From the NCBI GenBank assembly GCA_965153455.1, contig OZ234493.1:16420213-16484212 (forward strand): 64,000 nucleotides of DNA, in the 5' to 3' direction. The notes under the pieces were generated by a model. The model saw nothing but the letters and a program-made list of their open reading frames with translations. It was not told the DNA's origin and made no database searches. Positions 38,999 through 52,363 of this stretch are shown piece by piece (the first letter of the stretch is position 1; every line of letters begins with the position of its first letter). The translations under genes were made by a program, and so were the position numbers. The DNA is from Sphagnum compactum. Lineage: Eukaryota.

Positions 38999-41900
38999 TT
39001 GAACATGAAACAAAATAATTGCGATAGAAAGTTTTTTTTGGGGATATTCCACCAACCTATGTCACCTTACTTTCATATAGATTTGAAATGTAATCATTAC
39101 TTACACAATGATTAGCATACATAATTCTTATCATTGATGAGTATTCCACTTAGTTTAAAGAATGTGATTTGGTAATAAACATTTCATTACGTTATGCAAT
39201 TTGTTCAATTCAATAAATGTAGATAAAAGATGTGCGTCCAAATCAATATATATTTTTCCATTTCTTGATGGAGCTAAGGTGGCAAGCATCCCTAGGCAAA
39301 ATTTGATTTAACTAACAACATTATGTCAAGGAACTCTAAAAATTTGGAACCAATAGGCATAGGTGTAACAACCCTTTCACCCTAAACATATTTAAGAATC
39401 ACTTTTAAGCGAAGAATTTCCAAAAAAAGGAATTTGCAACAAAATAACATGTATGTAAAAACTTGTGTTGCGTTTTGGTGATTTTTGCCCAAAAAATTGA
39501 TTGATCATTATTTTGTATCATGTTTTACTATTGAAATTTCTCTTCCCATTCCCTTGTCATGCAACTTGAATGTTTACAAAATTGATTTGGTCGAAACATA
39601 ATGGACAAATGATAAATTACAAAGAACAAATTATTGAATCATTTAAAACATGCATTCATGTAGTTAGTTTTCATGTTGATATTCCATTTCAATGTGATTT
39701 GAATGACAAACTTGATCATTGTTGAACAATGTTGTTGCACAACTCCATCACGTGCATATTTACATGCATATGCACAAACCTTGGCAAACATTACTATTGT
39801 AGTACTCTATTTATGTGAAATCCATAACTTTTAATTGTTGCAAAACTATTTCGAGTAGCTAGCTAATGCGAGTCCCAATTTTGTTCAAATTAAACTCTTT
39901 AATATAATCCCGTTTGAAACCTAAAAATATCATATTCATGTTTTAGTTATTCACTCATTCCATTCATCACAACCTTCATACCTTTCACACCTTGATTAAG
40001 AACACAAACTTAACTTTGACGTTGCAAGACATATTGAGTTCAAGACGATAGAAGTTTGTGTGTGAAACACATACCTACAAGTTTTGAGAAATTGCAAAAG
40101 ATGTGATGTTCAAATGACCTTGATAGTTTTTGTTGTCTTTTAGCGTTGGTTGCTAGCCCAATCAAATGCATGTGAACACTATGGCAATCAAGAAAAACAC
40201 CAAGTTAACCCACCTTAATAGAAAATCATGGTAGATGAGTATTTGTGCAAATTTGAATCATTATACAATCGTTACTTGAGGTCAAATATTCATAACATTA
40301 CTAATGCGTTCAAGGACATGGAACCAAAGTTTTGGTGTTTGAGACCTACCAAGTTTGACATAAAAGACGTGATGATATGTGAAAAGCATTTGCACGTGGT
40401 GATTGGATGATGAACACTTCTCTTGTTGTTGCGTTGAGCCACAAAGCCGTATAAACATATGTGAAGAGATTGATGGCAATAGTGCAACAAGGGAACCAAC
40501 CTTGATAAAAGTTTGTAGCAAACTGGGGGATGCAAATTTGGGCCAAGGGAGAATTAGTCCATTGGATTCCTTGCACTTATGCCGGACTCGTGAACATCTT
40601 GGAAGGTGGTTCTGATTAGAGGTTGAGAGAAAGGATCCAAGTGGTCCTTCCAGGATGGTGCAAACCGTGTGCCATAATTTAGGCTGGTTAAAGTTTTCTG
40701 TGCTACCCGCTCAGAACTTTACTCCGGAATATGTTATTGCAGCTGGATGCTTTTCTGTCTTTTCTGTTGTCGTCTTGTGCTTTCACATTGCTCAAGATTG
40801 GAAGTCTTTAATAAAGCGACGCAGTCTGTGCGTGAGTACTAGACCTGCAACTTCCTGTGATCACTGATTTTTCTGGCTATAAGATAATGGATGCAAGTGG
40901 TCATTGATGGATTGCACCGTCCATGTGTCAGCAAAGAAAAGTGAGGCCGGTTAGCAATCCTCAGTCGGAACTTTCCTCTTGTATAGAGAATATCAACTCG
41001 TTGCTTTGTGTAGCTTTTTCTCCCCCTCATTACCTGCCGGGAAACATTGTTCATAATTTCATTTACCATAAAGTCATGGCACGTGCCCCATGTTGGTGCT
41101 TGGCCCCAAACTTGAGCATGTGTAAGTTTTAGACTTGAAAATTTTCCTGTGACCGGTGCTTTTCAGGCATTACAGAATTGATGGATTTGGTCATTGTTTG
41201 ATAATGCACAACCTGAGTCAGCAGATATAACTGGGGTTGTTAGAGCTGGAACTAGTGAAATTGTCATGGCTGAAATTCGCCATTTTGCTATGAATGAAAG
41301 TCCCAAGCAACATGGTCGAGGGAACTTTTTGAAAAAATCCTTAAAAAATTGTCACATTTTCAGGAAGAAGAGAGCTATGAAATAGCCAAAACAAACTAAA
41401 TTGAAGGATTTGGGCAGATTTCTAACTTTCTTCTTTTGAAATCCCCATATTTAGTTAATAGGTTCTATTGGTTTGCCAACATGTAATAAGATTGCCATAA
41501 TTTTTACTTCTTTATTTGTCTTGTAATCAGACCTGACTAAATCCTCTTGTGGCTGATTGCCTGTTTTGATGCGACATGAGAAAATTGAAAAAAAGGAACA
41601 GCGGCTGGACCCTCTGAATTGATCGTTTGTCAGCAAAGAAGACTTATTAGTGGAGGTAGGCCTGAGGGCTCAAAATGCAATCTAAATTTTCAGAGCGCCA
41701 CCTGGCATCATTTGAATGAGGCCTCTTAGTGACCATATTAAGCCCAAAAAATGTTAAATCTGAACTCAGACACCCTGATTTAGTCTAACCATGGGATATT
41801 TGTAATGTTTAGAAATAATTTAAATGGACTAGCTTGGGTTCACCCAAAGGCTCTCAAGTCACTGTGCCCTTGTTGGCTGATTGAATATCATTGAAACTAC

Positions 41901-42647
41901 TTAATTGCTGGATGGGAATTTGAAAAAGTTTCTTAGAGTCCACAATTTTTTTATAGAAACAATCAAGGCATTGAGGCTAGTGTTGCCCTGTTATTGGGGA
42001 ATTGTTTTTTGATAAATATGTTGGGTACTAATAAAGGGCACAATGACAGGCTATTGCAACCTACATGCCGGTTCTCACTTGCAGCAATATTTATTTTGTA
42101 AAAAAAAAAGGTGAGCTAGAGTTGCACAAGAAGTCCAAGACCATATAATTCATAGGGCTCTTGTGAAAATCCCCTCCGATCTCATTTGTATCATTGAATC
42201 CATCATAGACATGTCTGTGGACATCAGTTGCAGAAAGTGTCCAGGTGCTGAAGAAGACTTATGTATGCCAGTGATTTTGCAGCTGCTGCTGGCTTGTTTA
42301 ACCCCCCCCCCCCATGTAGTAGGCTAAGTAGTATTCAGTTTTCTAGGCAGCTTGGTCTACAACGTTAGAGAACAACAGTCTGTTAAGATCCTGTAAATAG
42401 TCCAACTGTTCCAAATTAGTACTGTTCTTTTTTCCAAGTCTCATGCTGTGACTAGCAATCGTTCAGTGTGTTTGTAGTTGCTGGAAACAACAGGCTATGT
42501 GAAATTTTCGAAGTCCTCACCTCTTCTTAATAGGTAATGAACTAGGTAATATTGCAGAGGAAGCCTGTAATATCATGATCCGCTCTGTCTGTGTCGACTC
42601 TCTCTAGTGACCCAAGCTGACAACGTTTAGGTTAGTGCTCCTAGGAA

Positions 42648-42783
42648 TGGCTTAGCCATGTACAGGGTCCTAAACCCTAGAAGATGCTTATTGCATGATT
42701 AGATCGGGAATGCTTTGGCTTAGCCATGTACAGGGTCCTAAACCCTAGAAGATGCTTATTGCATGATTAGATCGGAAATGCTT
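42648..42783. repeat. Near-perfect 68-bp tandem duplication
   Basis: tggcttagccatgtacagggtcctaaaccctagaagatgcttattgcatgattagatcgg[g/a]aatgctt occurs twice with one mismatch. Confidence 0.95.
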
Positions 42784-45700
42784 GTCAGTGTATTTCTGTC
42801 ATCCTCAGCTGGTCTGTTTTGCTTTCATATGTTTGCTTTGGGGTTAGTCCCCTGATTTGTTTTGGGAAAGCCTTCTGACATGACTTTGTGCTCTGCAGAC
42901 GGACTTGATAGCTGCAGAGTTCAATGGAGGGCCACTGGATGGCGAATACTATCAGCATTCCTCCTTCACACCTCTTGAAGCAGGATTGGTACAGGAGGGA
43001 ACAAATTTTCTTATGGAAGAATACACATTTAGACTTTCTGTTCTCTATTTTAAGGACTTGGGTTAGTTAGATAAAAGTGTAGGTGACTTGCTGCCTTCTC
43101 GAATTGAAGGTCTTGTGCAAGATGGGTCAATAAAAGACGGCGTTAGGCCTACCTCCACTCCAGGTCCCAGAAGGGACCAACTAGTTGGCCCATTGAAGTG
43201 CTCCCCAAGTAAAGTGGCCCATTTGAGAACTTGCCTTTGACATACATACAATATACTAAGGCAACAGAAACGGTTTGGGTGAGCTGTTGAATCTTCATCA
43301 CATGCTCACTGGTCATGCCTGTAGTGGAGTTGGGCATACAATAGAGAAATCGGTAAATTCAGGGGGAGTTTCACAGGGTGTGTCATACCCTATTAATTTT
43401 TTCGCCTTGAGTTCCAGCGGTCCATAAAGTCCCCTGACTGTGGTCGGTTTTGGAAAAAGACGGGCTGGGAAGAGGGGTTGCCCACGTGGGTGCGCATTTA
43501 ACTGGCTTAAAATGGGGTGGACAGTCTTGGGGGTGGACAGTCCAAGACTGGGTTGAATAGGTGGACAGTCTAAGAAGTTGAAAATATCAACTTTTGGATT
43601 GGGGAGGGGAGGCGAGGGCGTTGGGGGAGGCATTTTTGGGATTTGGACGGTGGGTGAGGGGATTTGGGTGCGGTTTTTTCTTTCCTGAAGGATGCGTGGG
43701 TTAGGGGTTTAGGAGGGTCATTTTATTTTTATTTTAAGTTTTTTTCTTGGAGGGGGGGAGGGGGTGGGGTTCTAGGGGTCTTAATAGGTGGAGGTGGGAA
43801 AGGATCATTTCTAAAAGTAGCACTATTTGCATTCAGAAACAGAGGTCAAGAGTGTGGTATTCAGATTGGTTGATATCTAGCATCAACCTGCACCAAAAGA
43901 ACTTTCTTTTTTGAGCATCAATGTTCCTCACAATCATGTTGCAACTTAATGTCGTTGCTCTCAATATTTGACATCCGCTGTTGATTTTCTGGTGTTGATT
44001 TAAGGCTTTCATGTTGTTAAGCTCCTGAGTCTCAAATTTGAAATGCACCTCATCAAAGTCTTCCTTCACAAAGGTCCCTTTTGCAGTGTCTTGCTCACAG
44101 ACCATTGCTATTAACTTGCTTTAGATCTCATTGAGCTCATAATTCTTTATATCTGAAGATTTTTGCATAACTAACATGTCTTCTGGCAATGCCATGATTT
44201 TTATATTAATTATGCTTCTCATGATATTGAATTGTTTAGTCGATTGTACAACTTCAATGTTTGCATTTGTGATAGCCTTTTTCTTCATGTCCACCATCAA
44301 GATTTCTATTAGATGTGAAATATGGGTGTCCAAGGTTTCTATATTGCAATGAAGAGCTATGACCTTCCACAACTAAGCTTCATTTTGCTGTTGGAGTACA
44401 CTGCAGCTACATTGGGATATCTTTGCACTGCTTCGTTTTTGATATCAAAGTGGTCTTTCCATGACTGTGGGAGTCCTTCATGGTCACCACTTGTGCCAGT
44501 CAAACTTTAACATCCATGGATGTGGCACCTCCCAACCGGGGGTTCGGTGAAGCATACCAAGGATCCCAAGTACTATGGAAATCCTACCAAATAATCATTT
44601 CCCACACTGTTTGACACTTTCTTAATGGCACAATACATAGAGATTGAATCATTCAGGCTGCAAGACTTTTCAGATTACCAGCTTATAAAAAGCATATTGC
44701 TTTAGACTGTGGGTGGAAAATTTCGACCCATCTATTAGCAGATTGGGACAACCCATGTCTGTGTGTAAAGATTTGGAGGAGAAGATTTCTGAAGGGATCT
44801 GTCATGAGAAGAAGCTCTTGCAGTTTGACATAAGAGTAGTCAGAATGTGCTAGAATTTGGGATTCAACATATGCTGGAAAACCAAGGATAGGATTTTTCA
44901 AAATGTAGAATCATTTGAAAAATGACATAAATGGTATGCTGCAATCTCCCTTTATCCTCTCCCCTGAACAACTGCCTTTTCCTGCTTTGAGTTCCCAACT
45001 ATGCAAAAAAAACCTTATTTTCCTTGCAAGGTGTTGGAGGCAAAAATGGTAGACAGGGAAGATGCATTCAAGTCCCTTCCCCTCTTGCTCAAAAGAAAAG
45101 CCTTATTTTCTCTGCTAGGTCACAGATGCTAAAATGTACACATGGGAATTGCATTTTATTAGCATGGCCTTCTTCAAGAGCTTTCCCCTCTTCAGACATC
45201 ACACTTCGAAAAAATCTTTATTTTTCCTGAAAGGTGATCAAAACAAAAATGTACAAAAGGAAATTTCATTTTGTTCCCAGGGTCTTCACCAATTTTCCCC
45301 CGCTTCAGCTTCAATGCTGTGTAAAAACCCTTCCTTTCCCCTAAATGAAAAAAGAATAGGGAGTTTGCATTTCCCATTCAATTGCAAAGGGGATTCCTTG
45401 AGATTCTCAGATGTTCAAACAGAGGATCCCCCACAAGTTTCTTGTATTGGGTGACGCAGCACCCACACTGGTAGCATGGTAAGAACCCAAATTTTCATTT
45501 AAGTTGCTTCCGAATATTACAGGTGCACATGCTTAGGTTACAATAGGCTCTGTGAGATCAAATCTAAGATTTTTTGGGCTTAATACGGTCACTAATTGGC
45601 CTCGCTAAAAAAGGTGCAGGTATCAGTGGTAGGAGCTGGTTCACCCTGGCCGTGAGGTGTGTAAGATGAGGGCGGAGCCTGAGTCGCACTCACTGACCCT

Positions 45701-48107
45701 GACTTGACCCGCCCAAGAAAATGCCCTCCCCTTGTGAATTTTTTTTTAAGCAATTAAAATAACTTTTATCCTTTGCTTATCTTTCCGTATCAGCTTACAA
45801 GGGTCTGCTGTCCTGAAATCTTACAGGGTTCTTATGGGAACCATGACATTATGGCATACAACCCAGGCCATTGAAAATGATAAATCATTTCAGCTGAAAA
45901 ATCTTTATGCACCCGATGTCCTCTTCATAGGACTTCCTGGAGGGAGGTCCTGCCAACAAGGGCTATAAGGAAGTTCACCAATTCCATTGAGAAGAGGACT
46001 CTCCCCAATAGAAGAATACTTTCTAGAGTCATCTATTATGTCTGTTCTCTGTGACATACATCAGCAAGTGTTCAGTAAGCATTGGGTCATACTACAACAA
46101 TTTTATGGTTTGTATGCAGTTCTTTTCAAAAATAATTTTGATTTGGTGAAGTGGTAAATTTTTGTTGAAAAATCACATTTTACACCTTAAAACATGTTAA
46201 AATTTCCAAGATTTTCTCAAAGAAATATAGTAAAATTGGTTTTGTTGGAATTGTCAACACACATTTGGATTGTTGATGATACTTTATTATTGATTTTGCA
46301 ACACAAAGGTTTCAGTTTTTTATCAAAGGTTATGAGTATTTCCCTCCAAATATTATCAACTGTGTATTACTCTTTCCTTGGCAACATCTACTATTAGTAC
46401 CTTCACATTCTTGACAAAATATTTGTAGACTTGGCCAGATTTCATATAATGTCAACATTTCCTGTAGTTTTGTCTTATCAACACATCCATAAATGTAGTA
46501 CATCACATTTTCAACAAACTTCAGTCATGCTTGGGAATGCAAGTAAATCTCTGAGGCAAGTCCTGTAAAATATATCTAGTTGATCAAAATTATTTGATCA
46601 ACTAGATGTACAAATCAAATTGAAATCATGTTGACATTGTAGACTCACACTAATACTATATTGCCAATGAACTAGAGAACAAGAATTTCATTGGATCAAC
46701 AAAGTAGCCTATCTAAATTTTTAAACTTTTTTTTTGGTAACCTAGGTCGGCTAGTAGGTGCCATAAAGCAATAATCAGCCACCACTAGTGCAAACCCTAA
46801 GCCACGGCCACTCACTTCTATCAATAAGAAAATGATAAAAGAATCTCTTTTATGCTTACTGACTACTGTAGGAACACATTAGGCAGAATTTTTTGGAATC
46901 CACACCTTTTTCCACACGTGGCAAATTTGTACACTTCTAAAACATTGATCCAATAACTCATCATAACAATCAATTTGGTATTCTCATTAGTAGATCGAAA
47001 CTAGATAATTAGCCTTTAGTATTATATGATTACAAGATTGAACAATATTAAAAAAATTCAGTTATTAAACTTTTTAGGAACCGTTTAATTGTTAGTGTGA
47101 AACAAACCCAAAGAAACCCAACAAGAATGAACATGGCCATAACCTTGTGATTCAATTGCAACTTCATTGCAACTATTACCTTTTATCTATTAACAACTAC
47201 TTAGCTAACTACTTATTTTTAATTATTGTCTAATTATCAACTTGACTTAACTTATTAATTAATTCATCTTATATGACACCTAAGCTAAGTTTTGTTGAGG
47301 ACTAGGCCTAGGTTGAGTGTCGGTACGATCTCAAGCACAAAAATTTCTCAGCAACTAGACAATTATTGCAATGTTCGAGTTTTGAGAGATACAAGAAATC
47401 AATTGTGGATTTGACAAATGTGGACATGCTAACATGAGTTGCACAAATCCTAAGTACCTGTCTTGACATTCTTCGCAACCATGATGTAATTTTTTTAAAA
47501 ACCTAAGCATTTCTATTGACATTTTCAAACATGGTTCCCCTAGTCCAAGCCTTGATACAATCATGCATACATAATATATGAACTAACTTCAAACCCTCCA
47601 TTTAGGGGGCCAATTCCACCTGGGAATGTGGTTAGCTGATGATGTTTAATTGGGTGGTAAATGGTTTCTAGCTGAGGGTTTGTTTTAAAATGTAACTAAT
47701 GTTTTTTAGTGCTTTTCACTGTTAATTCACATCATGCAAGGTTGCTCTCCATCATTGATGGCAACACAAGTGGAAGTAGCACCTTGTCCCACCCAAGGAA
47801 AAAATCTAAAACCTATATATATGTGTCCTTTACAAGACACCAAAACAAGTCACCAACTTGGAAGAGCCGAGGTATATTTATGAATGCACCAAAGCTGGTA
47901 GGGTGAACCCAAATCTCATTACATGGTAATGGGCTTTGCTAGGGCATGTTCCAAGGTCTAGAGCAAATCAATATCCACCAGCGCACCATCCACTGGATGG
48001 CTGTTATGGCTAAGTTGTGGGTGGACCTCCAGTAAGTTACTATATAGTTTCACCTTGATAACCCATTTTGTGAGAAGTAGGTGTTGTCCATATGTTGGTA
48101 GATAGGT

Positions 48108-48424
48108 AACAAGGGGTGTGTCCCCCATTGTGAACTTGCCATTTACATTAAAAAGTATCCTAAGGAAAAAGAAGAATTATGGAAACTCAAATATTTCACT
48201 ATGCAAAAATATAGTCTTCAAAAAGTCCTTTAAACAAATTAAAATCCTTCAAGATATTATAAATCTATAACTAATCTCAAGTTTGAACACAAGCCAAAAC
48301 ATCATCTTTCAAAAATCCTCATATGAAAATAAACCTAATATCTAGGAACCAAAATCCCTTTAAACTACTATACTCTATAATAAATTTAAAACACAATATT
48401 CTTGCTTTGCTAGGCAATGCCAAC
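48108..48424. repeat. Dispersed ~300-bp repeat (MITE-like), copy 2
   Basis: Direct-orientation similarity to 9276-9590. Confidence 0.75.
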
Positions 48425-51400
48425 AATAAAACAGATAATTAGTTTGTAAGTAGACGATTTATACATAGGTAAGGGATGTTTTTTAAAAAACTAATTGAAC
48501 TAACTACCATCATCAGTAAGGGAACTGGAACCCAACAGAAAATTGTTTCCAGAGCATTTACATTCATTTTGCATGGTGCACTAGTGGGTGCTGGTTCACT
48601 AGGATTCCGAGAAACTTTGATATGGCTACCCAACTAACATAAACCCCAGGTCTATGCCAAGAGCACGAAGAAAAAAAAGTTTTCCGTTCAATATTCAATT
48701 GGTGGCAAATTGGCCAATTTCAACACTTTTGTCTATTGCTAGTGAACATCTGGCCCCAGCAGATTCAACGTTTGGCTTTCAAAGCAACTAAACATTCTAG
48801 GAAATTTCCATGTAGAGGAACTTTGAACTAGGTGCCAGCAAAATGCAAACACTTCGCAATATCTCTCTACTTTTACTTATGTACCTACCTAAGTTAAATA
48901 TTGTAATTTATCATAGTTCTTTTGCATTTGGCATATACTAGACTTGGCAAATTTTGTTGTTTTCAATTGATATTGAAGATACTAAGCCATGCTTGTTTGT
49001 GTTTGTGCTTGAAATGGTCAATAGTAGTGGCATTAAAACAACTTTATGTTGAGTGGAACAAAACATATGATCTTCAAGGCACAGTTCATGGCTAGCATGC
49101 AATCACTATTCAAAATGATGTTGATCCTTGCTACAACGAAACCTAGTTTGGGGTGTTGTGTGATTTTAGCGCATGCCCAACCTATAAAATTATTGGTTTG
49201 TGGGTTTTATATCACTTACCCTCTTGACAAGCTTTCAAAGCTTTCATAACTCTCTATTATATACACAACTTGAGTTCTCAAGCTACAAATGATGATGTTC
49301 CTACAAGAAGCCTAGTGATAATTCCAATGGAAACTATGATGTGGAGGTTATATGTTTAGTGCACTTGTTGTAGAAGATTTGTTTGAAAGTAGTGTAATGC
49401 GAAAGTGGGTTGTCAAGCCAGTGTGAACACTGGAACGCTCCTGGGTTCTAGGCATAATTGATTCAGCCGACTTGTTGTGACGGCGCCCCATCACTGCTGC
49501 ATGGAGTGCATGGATGTCTTCCTTCTGATGTGTGTGCTGTGAGTTACGTTGAGATGGCGGCTAATATTGATGAAGCCGAATTGATGAAGGAACTGGCGAT
49601 GGCGGCTAACGGAGGGAGCGCGATGGAACAGAATGGCTGCAAGCTTCTACGAGAAGCCAACGGAGATCAGGGAAAGGCTAAATAACTCAGGATCTGATGA
49701 TTTTGCAGAACTTTCCTTTGGAAGCAGATAAACATTTTTAATTAGGGAAAGGAAGGACAGAAGGTTAGTTTTAGGATGGCAAGGTAATTTTGGAAGAGAA
49801 GATCAGTTGATCTTGAGCAATAGGAAGGTGAGAGGACAGGGAATTGATGGACATAGCAAGGAAGAGCTTTGTGGTGAGATACTCTAGGTTGAACACCAGA
49901 ACTTTCCGCTGCGCCTGGGGATCGATCTAACTTTCACTGCAGAGTAGCTCGGGAGAGAGAAAGAGAGAGAGTGACTGAGACCAAGCAACACCAGATGTGG
50001 TGTTTTTGTGAACATTTTGGAGAGCGCTTGTGCTTTCGGGGAATGTAAATAATTTGCACTGTGATGAAAATGTTTCCTCGGATGGTTTGGTGTGAGGTTT
50101 ACCATGTATGTGTGTTGGTGCGCTCTCGAGTCATCATCTGGCAACTCGAGTGACAGAGAGATCTGAAGGTCTGTATCTGTGAGGCAAGGTCAGAGTAAGG
50201 CACATGGACACCAGGGTCCGCTGAAGTCAGTCCATGTGTCGGATGTTTTACGGACCCTCTCTTTTGGTTACAGTAGAATTAACTTTAGCTTTGAAACACA
50301 CAAGCCAAGTGGGAAACATTTGAGTCTTACAAGGAGTTCATAAGACTGGATCTTCAAGGCCAATTGTCTTAGGCTATTGGAAACCTCACCAATATTTAAT
50401 TCTTGTAAGTAACCTTTGTACATAAGGGTTGAAACATGATTGGGGTGCCACATTTGAGTCTTAAGAACTCATTCTAAGGACTCTCAAATTCACCTTTTTC
50501 TTTTCTTTTTTCATGACATGTGTTACATTTCACTTTTTTTTTCATGCCAAATGAAATAATTTTGCTCCAAATTTTATAGAAGCCTCTAAGGTTTTTTTTT
50601 TATAAACTTATGAGAGTGAAAATAATAAAATTTATCCAATTTGGGCCATGTTCTATCAATGGCCCAAAATTCCCAGAGATTTCCCTTATTTAAACTTTTT
50701 ACATTACAATAGGGCATTTGGTTTTTATCACATTCATACATTTTATACACATTAGCACATAAAATGTTTGTGTTAAAAATCTTGGGCCAAAAAAAGTTGT
50801 TTAGACATTCCTTATGAATCCTTGAATTTTTGTTCCTCATGAAACAAAGTCTTGGATTTTTTTCAAGGATTTGGTAAAAATTTTTAAACTTATTTAAATT
50901 TGACATTTTATGGATAGAATAATTCTTTTGTAATGTATCTATTTATGAATAAAATCAAACTTTTGATATGAATGTATTACCAAGTTTCAACAACATATTT
51001 AAGTGAAGGGGTCTAAGGAATATAAAATGAGACAATCCTTTTGGGTACCCCAACCATGCTTTGACCCATAAAACTTATTTTTCACAATGGTAGGTATAGG
51101 AGAAGGGTATATTTTTAAACTAAAGGTGCTTTCCATAACTTCAAAAGCACTTCTAATAGGGATCTTTCATGAAGTGGAAAGCCTTGTGCTACATAAACAT
51201 CCTAAAAATACAATAAAAATAATTATTTTTCTTTACATTTTTTCTATGTTTCTTTAAATGGGCATAACATGGGTACAACATTGATTGTTATACTTGAATG
51301 ATTCAACATTTTTTTTGGATTAACCAATCAACAATAGGTACCTTAATGTGAAGATGCACTTGACATGCAAAACATTAATCTAGTAATATAATTTGCTGCA

Positions 51401-52363
51401 ACATATGAAAGCAAAAACAAAATAAACATGGGATCTTTCCGATGTTAGTTTTAAGGTGTTTATTGTTGGATTTGCACAAAACCATAAGTGGCAAACCAAG
51501 ACTCTTCGGAAATCTTCCAGATGAAACTTCAAACCTCCATAACTTGTTGAAACTACAAAAATTAATAATTTTAGGAATTTTTTTGGTCATTTTCTAACTA
51601 AAATAGGTTTTTAGCAATTTGCATGGGAATGGGATCCACTATTAAATCAATATATATGCAAGGGAGTCAACATTTATAGCCAAATAAAATCATTTTTGCC
51701 GAAATATTGATATTAACATTAAATACATTTAGGAAATTTTTTTGAAAAAATTAAAAGTGCCAAAATTAGTGTGTTCAAAGTGTATACTTGCTCAAATTAA
51801 AGTGTAAAGATAAGTTTGGAGTATGAGAAAATAATTTTTTTCACAAAACCATCAATCTATGACAATTTATGAAAATTTATAAATTATAAATAACATTGCA
51901 TTGCCACATGACTACCATGCAATATTTCCTTGTTATGCATTAGAATTTCATCTATGTTTAAGGTTTATGAATGAAAAAGTGACATAATTTGGGGCATTAT
52001 AAGATGTAGACATCTTGAAAACAAATTGAAAACACATGATGAATGTTTTCCACAACCTCACACTCATGAAAATAATGGGATGAAATTTGGGGTGGTTATT
52101 CATGGCAGGGATTTCCATGGTAGCAATTTTACTAGATGTATACCAAATTTGCAAATGGAGTTTTTACAACATTTGTAAGCTACTAGGCATCCAAACTTTG
52201 TTAACTTGCTTTCAAAAATTTGAAATTTGGGCACATGTTATGATTTGTTGATGTCATCCAGATTCCATATCTAAGTTTGAAACGATATTGTTATCATATG
52301 AATTTTGATGAAAGTAACTCAATTGGGGGGCATTTGGAATCAATTTATGTTGTGGAATTATAG

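Noticed and set aside
43313-43873. Pro-rich and Gly-rich ORFs
   Set aside because: Translations of a G/C-run tract with no evidence of coding function.
49458-50260. Short ORF (MAANIDEAELMKEL...) and small hairpins as a gene or miRNA
   Set aside because: No recognisable domain or splice chain, stems too short for a pre-miRNA, and no conserved plant miRNA sequence recognised.
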